Below, one piece after another: positions 1-13,650 of a stretch of DNA of 64,000 nucleotides (position 1 is its first letter; the number at the start of each line of letters is the position of its first letter). The translations under genes were made by a program, and so were the position numbers. This DNA is from Octopus vulgaris (Eukaryota), in contig OX597814.1 of assembly GCA_951406725.2 (NCBI GenBank), forward strand, positions 60,636,001 through 60,700,000, read 5' to 3'. The notes beneath the pieces are model-generated. The model was not told where the DNA came from. It made no database searches and saw only the letters and a program-made list of their open reading frames with translations.

Positions 1-659
1 TTGACAGGATCGAGTGAGCCACATGGTGACATGGAGCTCAAATGTCAACTTTGGCAAGGTTTCTAGGCTGGATACCTTTCCTAATGCCAACCAATTTACA
101 TTGTGTACAATGTGCTTCTTTTTCTGTATCAACAGCACTTGTGAGGTCATCAGGTGACTCACAAAATCTACACAACACTGCCACTACGAACCACACAACT
201 GGAAGCTACAAAAATTACTACAACATCTCTACTGTTACCCATACTATTATAAATTATTAAATCTACATAAAACTGATATGGCCACCTATACTAATGAAAT
301 CTACATGTACAAAACAAAACCTGCCAAGCCTACACAATACCTCTACAACCACCCATACTGCAAAAATTATCATAGCTTAACAAAACTCCCACTATTGTTT
401 ATACTACCAAATCTAGGTAACACTTCAACTACCTCGCATACTATCAAACCTAAGCAATGTGTCTGCTACCACCTAGACTACCAAAAACTACAGTCTCCAC
501 CTGAAGTATCACTGTACATCTGAGATTGGTGTTTACCCTCATCTCTTGCATACACAGATACAAATAGCAGTTATACAACATGCACACATACAAACATACA
601 CATATGTATGTTGGTTGAGCTAGACAATTTGTAGGCAGAGTTATAGAAGTGCTGATCGC

Positions 660-1042
660 TTAAAGTGGAGGGAAGTTGTGAAAGAGGGAGACCCAAGGAT
701 GAAGTTTTGAAGGCTGATCTCAAAACGCTGAACCTTACGAAGGCGATGACAGAGGACCAAGATATGTGGGGCATTGCTGTACTTGAGAAGACCTGTCCAC
801 CGCAACAGAATTGAGATCCTAAAACCAAAGTGCTATGTAAAACGCACTGGTGCTGATGCCACTTAAAAAGCACCCAGTACACTTTGTGAAGTCATTGACA
901 TTAGAAAGGGCATCTAGACATAGAAACCAGGCCAAAAAAGACTATGAAACCTGATGCACCCAAGGACTTATCAGTTCCTGTCAAGCCATCCAACCCATGT
1001 CAGCATGGAAAACAGATGTTAAACAATGATGATGATGATGAT
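660..1042 (+). mobile_element. Decayed RTE LINE 3' end
   Basis: GRPK..WDEV..DL-like remnant plus the shared 3' tail and (GAT)n. Confidence 0.65.
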
Positions 1043-1589
1043 ACTTTTGTGAACTCCATATGGATTGAGGCCAGTGTTCTGAGTATAGTGATGCCATTAG
1101 TTACCAGCATTTGTCTACAATACAGCATGTGATCCAGTCCTTGTTGTAAGATGGTGGGTTGTGTAGTATGCTACAATTACCCTGAGAGCTATACCAGCAG
1201 AGCACAAGCTCCTGATAGGGCCTCTATGCTTGACAGGTCAAAGGGTGGATGCCAGACGAATATATGAACTACCTCTTCCCCAAAGGGAAAATGGGTTTGT
1301 AAGGGATAAAATCCTTACTTATAAAAAAAAGTAAAGCTACAGATGTATTAATGATAATTCAAAACCAATAAGACCTGGAAGAAGAAGGCTTTCCCTCAAG
1401 GAAATATGGCATTATGCAGCAAAATCTCTAGGGAAGCTGCAAGGTAAGGCAGGGCCCCAACTGGAGAGAAGCAGATAAGATGAACTGCAGTCAAGAACAC
1501 TGGAGAAAGGCTATCAATGTCCTATGCCCCATAGGGAGCAAAGGGCTTAAGTAAATACCTATCTGCACTGTGTTGTGTTTTGTCTGTTA

Positions 1590-2265
1590 TCATCATCATC
1601 GTTTAAAATCCATTTTTCATGCTGGCATGGATTGGATAGTTTGACAGGATCTGACCAACCAGAGAGCTGTCCAGGCTCCAATTGTCTGTTTTGGCATTGT
1701 TTCAATGGCTGGATGCCCTTCATAATGCCAACCAGTTTACATAGTGTGTTGGGGGCTTTTACAAAGCACCAGCACAAGTGCATTTTATGTGTGGCATGGG
1801 AAATTATAGAGAATGATATTTCAAGATATGGTCATTAGTATGAGTTTTACCAGGATTCGGATGGGACCAATGTTGTATGGTGCAAATGTAGCAAAAGACA
1901 GAGTGATTGTGAATCACATTCATCATCATCGTTTAACGTCCACTTTCCATGCTAGCATGGGTTGGACGATCTGACTGAGAACTGGTGGACCAGATGGCTG
2001 CACCAGGCTCCAATCTGATCTGGCAGAGTTTCTACAGCTGGATGCCCTTCCTAATGCCAACCACTCCAAGAGTGTAGTAGGTGCTTTTACATGCCATTGG
2101 CATGAGGGCCAGTCAGGCGGTTCTGGCAATGGTCATGCTCAAGTGGTGTTTTTTATGTGCCACCTGCACAGGAGCCAGGCCAGTGGCACTGGCAACGACT
2201 TCGCTCGAATGTTTTTCATGTGCCACCGGCACAAGTGCCAGTAAGGCAACGCTAGTAATGATCAC
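1590..2265 (-). mobile_element. Two RTE-type 3' tail copies
   Basis: catcatcgtttaa...ttccatgct.gcatggg tail at 1590 and 1921. Confidence 0.7.
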
Positions 2266-2608
2266 ATTGAAATCTATTATTTGGACAGTTGAGATTTTTC
2301 ATTCTATTTCACATGTTTACATCAGAACTTGGATGTTTACATCAGAAGAAAGAAAATCATAAAGTAAAACACACATATTGCACTTAACCACAAGCTAACA
2401 GTAACAATACATTACAAGAATACCAGACATGAAAGAAAAAACATCTTCATATGCATGAAACCAGAGAATGTAATTCAGAGAACTAATGTAATATAATACA
2501 AATTTTGATGTAAACATGAAGGTTGTAAACATCATGACTCAATCTAGCAGTGTGCAGTGTATAGATGAGGTGAATAGACAGAATCATTAAGAGACCATCA
2601 AAACTTAC

Positions 2609-2818
2609 TTTGGACTTCTTGGCCATCCTGTTCTTCCCGATGAGATTCTTCGTTGTCAGCTTCCTCGCCAAGACGCCGGCCCTGACCCCAACTGTGAAAA
2701 CCTGACCGAGACGGAATTGTATCATCGTCATCGTCATCGTCATCATCATCACTCAAGCCAAGGAATCTCGGTACTTGTGTTTTCTGGAATGCTACTTGGT
2801 AGTTAAATCCCTGTGAAA
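2609..2818 (-). CDS. UBX-domain protein exon (VSQGFNYQVAFQKTQVPRFLGLSDDDDDDDDDTIPSRSGFHSWGQGRRLGEEADNEESHREEQDGQEVQ); acidic tract + SHP box; gene continues left of window
   Basis: Acceptor cttttgtccag|TT, donor AAA|gtaagt; 210 nt, phase 1/1, matching the preceding exon. FHSWGQGRRLG (2667-2699) fits the SHP consensus F/W-x-G-x-G-x-x-L. Confidence 0.88.
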
Positions 2819-2844
2819 CTGGACAAAAGACAGAAGAAGAAATA

Positions 2845-3135
2845 ACTAAACAGTAGTGAACATGTTAAACAGGAACATAAGACAGTAAAAAATATGACAG
2901 TAGACACACAACACTAAATATGACAGTAGACACACAGTACTAAACATGACAATAAACAATGGTAAACATGGCAGTAAATATACAGCACTAAATATGAAAG
3001 TAAACACAGTAGTGAACATGACAATGAAGTGGACTAAACACAGTGCCAAATATGGCAGTAAACACTATGTACCTGACAGCCTGTGACAGTAAACAAAGTA
3101 GTAAACATGATAATAATCATAACGCTAAGTATGAT
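2845..3135. repeat. Degenerate ~25-bp minisatellite next to the exon acceptor
   Basis: Recurrent taaacacagtagtaaacatgaca units. Confidence 0.7.
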
Positions 3136-3679
3136 AGCTAACATATAGCTCTTGAAAAGTTTTAGTCAAACGAATTGAGACCAGTACTATTTTTTTTTTT
3201 TTTAATTCTGACACTTATTCTATTAGTCACTTTTGCTGAACCACTAAGTTACAGGGGCATAAACAGACCAACACTGGTCGTCAAAAAATGGCTGGGGACA
3301 AACAGAGATACACAGCACACATATATACAACAAACTTCTTTTCCTTTTCATCTACCAAATCCACTCACCATACAGTGGGATTGAACCCAGGACCATGTGG
3401 CTGGGAAGCAAACTGCTTACTGCTTACTATACAACCATGTCTTTAACCCTTTTACTACAGAAATCAGATATAACCACTCAAAATTTCATCACCCTTAACT
3501 TCAGTAAGCAGTTGTATATACCAATCTGTTTTTTTTTTTTGAGAAGAATATCATGTTTGAAACTCTATTTTTTTAAAACATAGTCAAATTTATTGAGGCA
3601 ACATAACTTACAGAAATAAAGAAACAATTCTATTTCCTTGTTTTTTTTTTTCCTATTGTGCCTATAGTAGAAAGGATGA

Positions 3680-3850
3680 GATGAGTAACATAAGTGTACA
3701 TGTTTGATAAAGTGCCAGTGTTTTGAGAAAGAAGTTAAGCATAAGAGGAATTAGCTGTGTGCAAGAGAGAAGACTGCACTGGTTTGGTCATGTGATGCAG
3801 ATGGATGCTAAAAGTTCCATAAAGAAGTGCCGGTCTCTCAAAGTAGATGA
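3680..3850 (+). mobile_element. RTE LINE fragment
   Basis: VQERRLHWFGHVMQMD..SIKKC. Confidence 0.65.
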
Positions 3851-4029
3851 CAACAACAGTTTTACTGCTGCACTGTTGTTGTCAAGACATTGCTTTGCAG
3901 CACTCTTGAATTGAAGAACTTTGAAGGCACAGCAATAAGGTAAGGCATTTGTTTTTTTTTGAGATTCAGTGGGGGTTTGTTGTTTGTTGTCCATTCTTTT
4001 CTAATAAGAAATCCTTACTGAGTTCCCAG

Positions 4030-5745
4030 GCATTTGTCTGCCTTTAGTTGCACTGAAATTGGAGAATTGTGTTGTTTTGTGGGTGTATCCCGCCTCCAAA
4101 AATTGTGAAACCTTTTGGAAAATTTCTACCAATTTGTGGCAGATTTTTTTGAAGTTGTGTTCCTGCTGTTGTGTCCCTGTGCATTTTGGAGTACCTTTTT
4201 GGAGTGCCTTTTGTCCAGGATTACCAGGTGGCTAGAAATGTGTGTTGCCATGTTTTGAACTGTCTTCCTTCTTTCTTTTACTCTTCTTTGTCTTTCTGCT
4301 CTTCTTTGTCTTCCTTCAGGCTGTCTTGTAGCTTTGTTTGGACTTTTGTTGATTGTTTTCTGAACTTTTTCAAAGCATGGCAAAGAAAATAAACACTGCA
4401 TTGGAGTGGGAAATCATCCCACCCAGGCAATGATTGAAAGACTTGGAAGAAAGAACAGTGGTGTTGAGGACATATTCTAAGTCACTTGACACCATCGCAG
4501 TCTTTCCTAAGACAAAAATTTAAAAAGAGTTGGCAGAATATCTGCCAACAATTAAGTTTATTTCCAGGGGTGTTAGGTATGCAATGGTGTGGTTGTTTTT
4601 TAACACCCTTGAGGTGGCTCACAAATTTGCAAGCCAACCCATAAAAGGGCAAAAGATTCTGTTTCTTCCCACAATATGTGGGAAGAAATTAACAAGAGCT
4701 TGGGTCTGTGGGCAGCCACCAGGCATTGAACTGGAATGGATACAGGATTCTATCTGCCAGGGTCTGGATGGCAGTGGGCCCAAGCTTTTAAATGTGAAAT
4801 TGTTGCCAGTGGCTGATTGGGTGGGGTCAAAAGTTGTTTTGACCCTATAGACGTAATCAGCCGCTAAAGATCTGGTATTTCCAGATATTCTGAAAATGGC
4901 CGGTTGCAGGTACCCAGTGTTGAGGAACGACCCCCCACCCACCCAAGTGCCACCTGTGCCTGGAATCGGGCCATATTAAGAAGAACTGTCCATAGGACTA
5001 AAGTAGGGTCCTGGTGCAGTTAATTAAAGTAGCGTCCCCTCCTCCTTTTGAGGGAAAAAATGGAAGCAGTTGAGGAGGTGGAGACCTCCTCGTAAAACGG
5101 AAAAATAAGGAAGAAGGTGGGCAACAATGGTTGCCCATCGAAGGACCCTAAAGCTGCGGAAGATACTCCAGATAAAGTGTAGGAACTACATGCCCCTGTA
5201 GCACAAGGGAGGAAAAAAAAGAAAAAAAACGAAGAATGGGACATTGCCGGTGGTTAGTAGTACACTGCCGGCATATCCTGAACCTTGCCGGTTGGAATTG
5301 AGCCACCGTCAGAGGAAACTGTGGCCCTTCCCAGTGTGATGAAGGATGATTTTGTGATCTTCTTTCATGAGGGAGGGGTGGTAAAGAGCTTTCTGATGAA
5401 GCTAGAGGGCCGGTGGGTGGTGGTCATGTCCTGGACTGAAGACACGGATTGGCCTCCACAGATAACTGTGGGGCAGAAAATGTTCAGGGTAATGGACTCG
5501 TTCCCCAAGGACCAATATAGGTTTTCCTTCTGAAGCCCCAACCTGGAACTGCAGGATTGCCTGCGTGAGACATATAGCCTGGTCAGGGAGGAAAGATAAG
5601 CGGCCTTAGTGCCTCAATTTGAATTTGTATTATTTATAATTTTTGGTAAGAGGCTCAGCGCCTCAATTTGTAAGGACGATTTCATCCATTTTTGAACTGA
5701 GGCAAGAGGATCAATACCTCATTTTGTTTTATTGTTAAAAAAAAG
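4030..5745 (+). mobile_element. Decayed gag-like ORF1 (L1/Tx1-type non-LTR element)
   Basis: GC-richer block of broken ORFs; CCHC knuckle CHLCLESGHIKKNC at 4948-4989; A-rich end near 5740. Confidence 0.6.
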
Positions 5746-6762
5746 AGAACAATGTTTTCGAGAATGCAACAATCGGTGGGCATTGTTTGCTTCTCCCACC
5801 AACCATTTGTTTCATTCCATCATCATTGTGTCTGAATCCAGCCCGCAGCTACTACCTCTATGTACGGCTTTTATAGCCAATTAAATGAAATAAAGTAGAT
5901 GGAACACATGGAAGTAAGAGATCTAGGAAGACATCGCATGAAGTACAGAAGAATGACCTCAGGATGCTGAACCTTTCAGGTGAGATAACAAAGGATTATT
6001 CATTTTCCCAAGAAACCAATCATTTAGCCCCAGGCAAGCTCTTATTTGGCTGACCTATTCTAGATAATCCTCAATCTTAAAGAAATAGTGTATTCTAGGG
6101 TTATATCAACCAATGTGTCACTTCCCCTTTTTTAAGATGGTAGAGTGTGAAAAAAGGGTGATTTGAGTAAAATTTCTAGCACCTCAAACAACTACAGAGA
6201 GGTTACATAGATGTGTGGTGGGGGGGGGGGAGCATGTGCATATGCAGGTATGTGTGTTTGTGTGTGAAGAAAAATTTGAAGATGTGCCAGTCTCCATATT
6301 CTTTGTAATTGTATTAGATTTATACACCTGAAAATATTCATAATCCAGTGAAGTGAACATTAGAAGAATTACAGTGGAGTTGATCACCCTAAGCAATCCT
6401 TGATGCTTCTTACTACTTGATGTGTTTAGCCAGAATCTGGAATATACCTGAGAGCTCTTAGAGTACCTTCCTGGATAATTTATCCCTATATACATATACT
6501 ATGTGTGTGTAGGTGAGAGATTTGGTGTGTGAAAGCACGTGGTTGGATGTATAAAAAATAAAAAAGAGTGCAAAAACTACAGAAGGCTTGTGTTACAAGG
6601 TTAAAGAATATATTTAAGTCGTTATGTTAGAAAAATGTTATAAAATTTTTGTGTATAATAACAGTTTTTGGAGAAATAACCGGTTTCGTATTTTCTTCTC
6701 AAATTTCTTTACCTACATCGTGTCATGTCTTCGCTATGAAGTGAAGGGGTTCCAGGCAGGGG

Positions 6763-6798
<36 letters not shown>

Positions 6799-6868
6799 TC
6801 TCTTCTCCTACTTCGTTTGAACCCTTGAACCTTTAGAACCTTCTAGAATCTTCTACATCCAACCATTT

Positions 6869-6888
6869 TGACGTCACTCCTTATAAAG
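6869..6888 (+). promoter_or_regulatory. CRE palindrome (TGACGTCA) next to TATA-like box (TATAAAG) in the pseudo-LTR
   Basis: Exact motifs about 100 nt upstream of the hammerhead core; function inferred only. Confidence 0.35.
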
Positions 6889-6977
6889 GAATTTTTTAAA
6901 GAGACACTCATTATCGCTATGGGCTCCGTGTGCGCAGTCATCTAAAAGTTTTTTGTGCATCTTGATGTTGACGTAAG

Positions 6978-7077
6978 TTCCTTGCTTTTCCTGATGCGAA
7001 AGCGGCATAATATACTCCTTATTCCTTCGCAATTTAGGAATATGCAGCCTTCGAAACATATGTCGAAAATAAAGGAA
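6978..7077 (+). ncRNA. Type I hammerhead ribozyme (core variant CUGAUGC)
   Basis: Stem I TTCCTTGCTTTTC/GAAAATAAAGGAA; CTGATGC at 6991-6997 (A9>C); stem II with inner hairpin TATTCCT/AGGAATA; GAAAC-ATAT-GTC at 7053-7064. Confidence 0.72.
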
Positions 7078-7899
7078 TTTTGTTAATTCGTCGTTCAACT
7101 CCATTCTTTCATATATTTATATTTAAAAAAAAAACATACAAATTTCCACACGAAAGCACGTAACTTCAAACGTGTCTTCTCTGATGTAAATTTGCTACCC
7201 AGGTATCGGTTAACCGAATTATCCATAACAAGATAATTCATTCAACTACTCAAATATATATATATATATGAGAAGAAAATGGACATAATAACAATGGGAG
7301 ACTCGTGGATTACACTGGCATGTCTTTAATTAAATAGGTAACAAAAAGTAAGAAGCAGAGATGAGGGTGGCATTATATATATATATAAGGTGAGCTGGCA
7401 GAAACGTCAGCACATCAGGCAAAATGCTTAGCAGTATTTTGTCTCTCTTTACGTTCTGAGTACAAATTCTACCGAGGTCGACTTTGCTTTTCATCCTTTT
7501 CGGGTCGATTAAATAAGTACCAGCTGCATACTAGGGTCGATGTAATCAACTTAATCCCTTTGTCTGTCCTTGTTTGTCCCCTCTATGTTTAGCCCCTTGT
7601 AGGCAATAAAGAAATATATATATACAGAGAGAGAGAGCTATATTTTTGCTTGTTATATAGACAGCGCTGTGAAGTGCTCAGGAAGACAACATGAGATGTT
7701 AGATATATATTATATTTAAAAGGAGAATTCAGGTAGGTTCAACATATTAGAATAATAATACAGCAGAGTATCATTATCATCATGGTTTACCATGGAAAGC
7801 AGTAATTAAACAATGATGATGACGATAATACTCAGTCATAAAACCGGTGCATGCAAATTATTAAAACATATTTAATGTATCACTCATTAAAATAATATT

Positions 7900-8460
7900 A
7901 ATAATGTACAGATACATAAATATATAAAAATATAACAAACATAGATGAGTAGAAAAACTATACTGATGTATAAAAATATATTAGCATTTAAAAATGATTA
8001 AAAAGTAAAAGTGAAAATCAACACAGAAAGGTAAATGAAGAAATGTTTAAGTATCAAGATGGAAGATAAAGTTCCCAATGATCAGAAGGAGGCAGTGTCT
8101 AAAATTTGGATAGGAATATCCTTTATTTCTATGGATTACTGTACCCTTGAAACAGCTGTCGGAGTATCATCACTTAATTCTTGAAATTGGCGTACCACCA
8201 TCTAATCACTGGAAACTTTACCTTCCATCTGGATGCTTCAACATTTTTTTAGTCACCTTTCTGCAAGGATTTAAACTTTTACTTTTTAATATTTTTAATA
8301 TATTTTTTTAATATCTTTTTAACGATGCTCTTAATCTGTAAGTACGACAATGTCTTCAGTATATGTCTTCCAAGATGCTAACATATTTTTATACATCAGT
8401 ATAGTTTTTCTACTGATATATGTCTATTATATTATTATATTTTTATGTATCTGTAAATTT
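7900..8460. repeat. Imperfect AT-rich inverted repeat (7900-8090 / 8195-8460)
   Basis: gtagaaaaactatactgatgtataaaaatat and agatggaag.taaagtt blocks are mirrored. Confidence 0.8.
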
Positions 8461-8478
8461 TTAATATGTTTCAATATG

Positions 8479-8535
<57 letters not shown>

Positions 8536-8537
8536 GT

Positions 8538-8733
8538 TGATTCGCTAGCCTCTGCATGCATTTTTTTTCTCTCCTTGTTTCTTTGTGTTTCTTTTCTGTG
8601 TATCTTTCTGTTGAAGAGCGTAGGCTCGAAACGTAAAAGACTTGTTTTATTTATATTCCTGAGCGCCATACTAATACAATTGTTTGTTTGTATTCCACCT
8701 TCGTCTTTTGTTTATTTTCATAAAGCTTCCCGT

Positions 8734-8735
<2 letters not shown>
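8538..8735 (+). mobile_element. Short TA-embedded element with minimal hammerhead-like motif
   Basis: TCTTT-CTGTTGAAGAGC-GTAG-GCTC-GAAAC-GTA-AAAGA at 8603-8640; bounded by TA runs; core is non-canonical. Confidence 0.45.
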
Positions 8736-8765
<30 letters not shown>

Positions 8766-9760
8766 ACTCTCCCATCAAAGACAATGTGTAAGTGGACCTG
8801 CGCATATTATTTGTTTATAGAGATCAATTGTTCATGCCACATATTAGCTCACTCTCTCCTTCAAATCGGAGTTACCTGAACAAGTGCACTGTGTACCACA
8901 CATCAGGTATCGAAATGATTGCAGAGCAATGTGAAATGAAACAATGCATCACCCAAATACTCCCATCCACCAGATAACGGGTAACTTATACCCAACAATG
9001 AGCAGAGGCTAAAAAGTTCATAACATATTTTTACAATAAAATTAAAAACAAAGTTTAAGGCCTGTGTTATCATCTTCCTCATTGTTGCATATCAGATTTT
9101 CTTTGCTGGCATGGGCTGGCTGAGTCATTGCTACCAAGCATCTCTCCACTAATTGTGGTCCTTTTTCATTTCATTCATGTGACTCAACATCTTCAGCTCA
9201 GCCTTCACCATTTCTTGACATGTTTTCTTTGGTCTTCTTTAACTGCTTTCTTCTACTTGGCTCCTTTGAGCCTTCTTCACCCAAATATAATTCTTCATAA
9301 GCATGTGCATATAAAAGTAGTCTCATCTCTTGCACACGACAGCTGACTCCTATACCACCCAATTTTTTTTCATACAAGTTCATTTCTCCTCTCATACATT
9401 CATACACACTGACATTACACATCTAATAGTGAAAACAAGTACCACAGTCGATTTTACAAGAGAAGGACAAATAGTTTTTACTTGAGAAAGACATGGGGAG
9501 TATATAGTTTGGCAGTCTGGTAAAAGTAACAAAATGGAATACTGTCACAAACCATACACTGTTCTTGACTGAATGATATGTCAGTAGTAGACTGAGGTCT
9601 GATAGTTACAAAAAGAGATACCCTAGCAAGTTTCACAGCCAATTGCCATCCCCAACAAAAAGTAATGTTTCAACAAGTCATGTGCATGTTTACATTTTTA
9701 GAAGAATCATCTAAAAACTACTTCAGTTTGGGAAATCTGAGGTAAAATGTTGAAAATGTT

Positions 9761-9985
9761 TTACCCCTTTAGCATTTAAACCAGCCATATTTGGCCCAAA
9801 TATTCTGCCTGTTGTATGTTCAAACTGGCCAGACCCGGCCTCTCACACTTATCCTTTCAGGTTTTACTAAAAATAAAATTCATGTCAATGAAATCTCAAA
9901 GCTATAAGACACTATGATTAATTCAAAACAGTGTGAATAAATAAGCATTACACTTAATAGAATAATCTGAATGCTGAAGCGTTAA
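9761..9985. mobile_element. About 220-bp TTAA-CCCTT MITE (piggyBac-like); other copies 26515-26697, 33415-33644, 47952-48167, 52950-53178, 55572-55791, 60937-61144
   Basis: ttaaccctttagcatt / aatgctaaagggttaa termini and a shared internal sequence in at least 7 copies. Confidence 0.8.
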
Positions 9986-11819
9986 AGTAGATTAACTTTC
10001 CAGATACATCTTACATTAAAATACTTTTAAAACAACATGCCTGCCTACAGATATTAGTATCTCTTGTGTTAAAATGTTGATAATTGCTGAAAGAAAAATT
10101 CAACTCAGTGGTTCTTGATCTGTGCAGTAGCACCAATTAAAATAAGGATTCCTAACTGCAGTACAAGAATTCATATTTTGGATGAAACAAGACACACTCA
10201 ACTAGTACTTAACTAGTGTTTATATTTTGACCACATTGATAAAAAATTTAAATTTTCATTATTATTTTATATACATGTAGGTTTCTTGCATTTAACTATT
10301 TGTTTTGCAAGATTCTTGATGTGAAATCATGTGTTGAAGCAGATATTGATACACCTGAGGATGGTCACACTTTGTCAATTAAATACATGCACTATATATT
10401 TGGTCTTTACTTCAGATTTATTATAGTTATTACTATTATCATTATTATTATTATTTATTGCTTAGTTTCTTTTCTTTTTTTCTTTTTTTTTTTTTTGACA
10501 GAGAAACTAAAATAATAGTAATAAAGCTGAGACTAAATAGTGTGTGTGTGTGTGTGTTTAATCGGTAAAATTTCACCATCCTCAAGCATAACAATATAAG
10601 CTTTCGGTCTTTCTTCATATATTAATGAAAATGAAAGTCTACCTTTGCAATAAAATAATAAAAGTAAGTAACTAAATACTCCAAGACGATCACAAATTCT
10701 ACCAGTCTAAAACCCTTCCAGTCTTTCAGAGTAATTAATATATGACAAGTTGAGAGAAAATAAATAAATTAGTAAAACAATTAACTGCAGTAATTTAAAA
10801 ATCTTAAAACCCTCATAACAAAACGGATGACTACCAGTTTCAAACTTTTTCAGTATCCCATTACTATATGAATATTCTCTTTGCGAAAAGACAAAAGTTG
10901 CTGCTACTAACTGAAAACCATTTTCGTTCTTTTTAATCATTCTAATAAAGAAAAACGTAGAAAAAACTATAGAGACTGAATACACCGAATGGATCAACTG
11001 ATAATAAAATTTGTAAAAGAAAATAAATTTGAGTCTAGTGAGGAAAGATGACTTCTGATATTACGAGTAAGCCAAGCAATTCTTAGAAGAAAATACGAAT
11101 GTAAGGGAGGCTAATCTTGTTTGCAAAAGTAGCAGAGTTGCTGCCCTTGAAAAAGATCACGTCAGGAAACGAATATTCAGTGTTATTGAAATTTGTTCAG
11201 TTTTATGGCAATTGGAAAAAAAACATTGAAAGAGGTATCTATATTTACAGAGGTACGTATACGAGTTAGGAGTGGCTGTATGGTAAGTAGCTTGCTTACC
11301 AACCACATGGTTCCAAGTTCAATCCCACTGCGTGGCACCTTGTGCAAGTATCTTCTATAGCTCAGGCCAACCAAAGCTTTGTGAGTGGATTTGGTAAACG
11401 GAAACTGAAAGAAGCCCGTCGTATATGTGTGTGCGTGTGTGTGTGTGTGTGTTTACGTCCCTGTAACTTAGTGGTTCAGCAAAAGGGACCGATAGAATAA
11501 GTAGTAGGCTTACAAAGAATAAGTCCTATGATCGATTTGTTCGACTAAAGGTGGTGCTCCAGCATGGCTGCAGTCAAATGACTGAAACACTGAAGTGTGT
11601 ACATATTAGTTTGGCACAACAAACTTATTTTATTAAACAACAGCTAGACTTGTTTTCCACGCATATTAATGCAATCTACTTAGACTTTCTACATACTAAA
11701 AGAAATAATTCCCCTAATTCCACTTATTACTATCAACGTCATTTATTTGGTTATAAGCATGATGCTTACGATGTTGATGAGAGAAGGTGAATGAGAGAAA
11801 ATATAATGTTGTAACATGC

Positions 11820-12230
11820 ATTTTGTGACACTGGCCACCAAATCTCTGGATGGAAAGTTTTAGCACCAGTGGAGAAAAATCAAGACATAACAGAGTTGAC
11901 TAATATCTGCAATGGTTAATATGTCAGCATTATAAAATCAAAACTGCCAACAAATGGTATAATCACGTCCCTGAAATGGTAACTGAGTGAGAAAATGTAA
12001 CAATTCTTTGGGACTTTCCATTATATACAGACCAAAGTTAATAAACCAGATATTGTTGTGAAAGCCCAAAACCATAAAAACTTGTTTACTGATTGACACG
12101 AATATTCCTTGTGATCATAATACTGTGGCAATAGAATTTGACAAGCTTAGAAAATATAAAGATTTGCTCACTGGTATAAAAAAATGTGGCATCTCAAAAC
12201 AGTTAGAATATCAGTGATCTTCTACTTAAG
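11820..12230 (+). mobile_element. Old R4/Dong-like C-terminal fragment
   Basis: Decayed ILWDF..TD..NKPDIVV..LLID..KYKDL motifs parallel to the 24556-25236 copy. Confidence 0.65.
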
Positions 12231-13418
12231 AATAGGAATGAAAAAGTATTGCTTCAACTAAATATAACCTAATTCAGATAAGTTCCCACATTTTTATTTT
12301 TCATCATCATCATCATCATCATCATCGTCCTGAGTGGCTGTGTGGTATGTAACTTGCTTACCAGCCACATGGTTCCGGTTTCAGTCCCACTGCATGGCAC
12401 CTTGGGCAGAGTGTCTTCTACTGTAGCCTTGATCCAACCAAAGCCTTGTGAGTGGATTTGGTAGACAGAAACTGAAAGAAGCCTGTTGTATATATGTATA
12501 TGTGTGTGTGTGTGTGTGTGTTTGTCCCCCCAACATCACTTGACAACCGATGCTGGTGTGTTTACGGCCCAATAATTTAGCAGTTCGGCAAAAGAAACCG
12601 ATAGAATAAGTACTAGGCTTACAAAGAATAAGTCCAGCATGGCCACAGTCAAATGACTGAAACAAGTAAAAGAGTATAGATACATGTATGGCTGTGAAGT
12701 AAAGAAGTTGTGTTCCCCCATGGAATTCTAATCCTTGTATATGATACTGGGTAAGTGTCTTCAACCTTTGCTTTAGGTTGAACAATACCCTGTGAGTGGA
12801 ATTCGGTAGAGAGGTACTGTGCATCAGTCCACTGTGTGTGTGCGTGTGTATGCATATGAGAGAGAGAGAGAGAGTTTATTTTGCCAGGTCTGGAGGAAAT
12901 TTAGATACACATGATCTTTGCCAGTCCTCCTAGAATGGTGAGATTGATGTCATCACTGTTCTTCTTGAACCTTTCTATGAGATATATGAGAAAGGAGGGT
13001 ATTCAAAGAGTCAAGGTTCCAAGAAAGAAGACTGGGTGTAGTCATTAGTGTGAAGCCTAGGGTAATAAACACAACAAGGATGCTGAGAGGATAAGAGGAA
13101 AGTGTGATGCAAATGTTTGAGTGGAGGTGGAATGAATCCAGCCAGCTCCAAAGAGAAGAGGCCATTATAGTAGTAATAGAGAGGAGGCAGCACACTTATA
13201 GGCCAGAAGATATACCATACCATTCCTAATTTCTTGAAATTATTTCCCTACATTTCTGAGAATCACTAACAATTGTTACTTCTTTCTTTATATCTTTTTT
13301 TTTGGGGGGGGGGGGGTTATATACAACACACAGTCTGTCACCTTGTAACTTTACACTCTAAATTTTGGGATAAGGAATAATCAACAAAGCTGAAACCAGT
13401 ACATAACAGGTATTCTAT

Positions 13419-13650
13419 AAGGCGGTGAGCTGGCAGAAACGTTAGCACGCCAGGCGAAATGCTTAGCGGTATTTCGTCTGGCGCAACGTTGTGAGTTCAA
13501 ATTCCGCTGAGGTCGACTTTGCCTTTCATCCTTTCGGGGTCGATAAATTAAGTACCAGTTACGCACTGGGGTCAATGTAATCGACTTAATACCTATGTCT
13601 GTCCTTGTTTGTCCCCTCTGTGTTTAGCCCCTTGTGGGTAATAAAGAAAT
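13419..13650 (+). mobile_element. tRNA-derived SINE family B (best copy); others at about 7387, 20147, 21298, 25311, 25541, 57640 (+) and 14215, 18000, 22935 (-)
   Basis: ggcggtgagctggcagaa head, gagttcaaattcc B-box, conserved gcctttcatcctttcggggtcgataaa domain. Confidence 0.85.

Larger units (their letters stand above)
6796..7255 (+). mobile_element. Non-coding Penelope-type pseudo-LTR copy (hammerhead-bearing) in (TA)n
   Basis: Homologous to 42421-42735 and to the PLE tail 61752-62050 (shared tttgctac..aggtatcggttaa and cgttca.ctccatt blocks); TA runs on both sides. Confidence 0.75.

Noticed and set aside
2483-2752. ORF-track protein MMMMTMTM...
   Set aside because: Wrong frame of the real exon 2818-2609.
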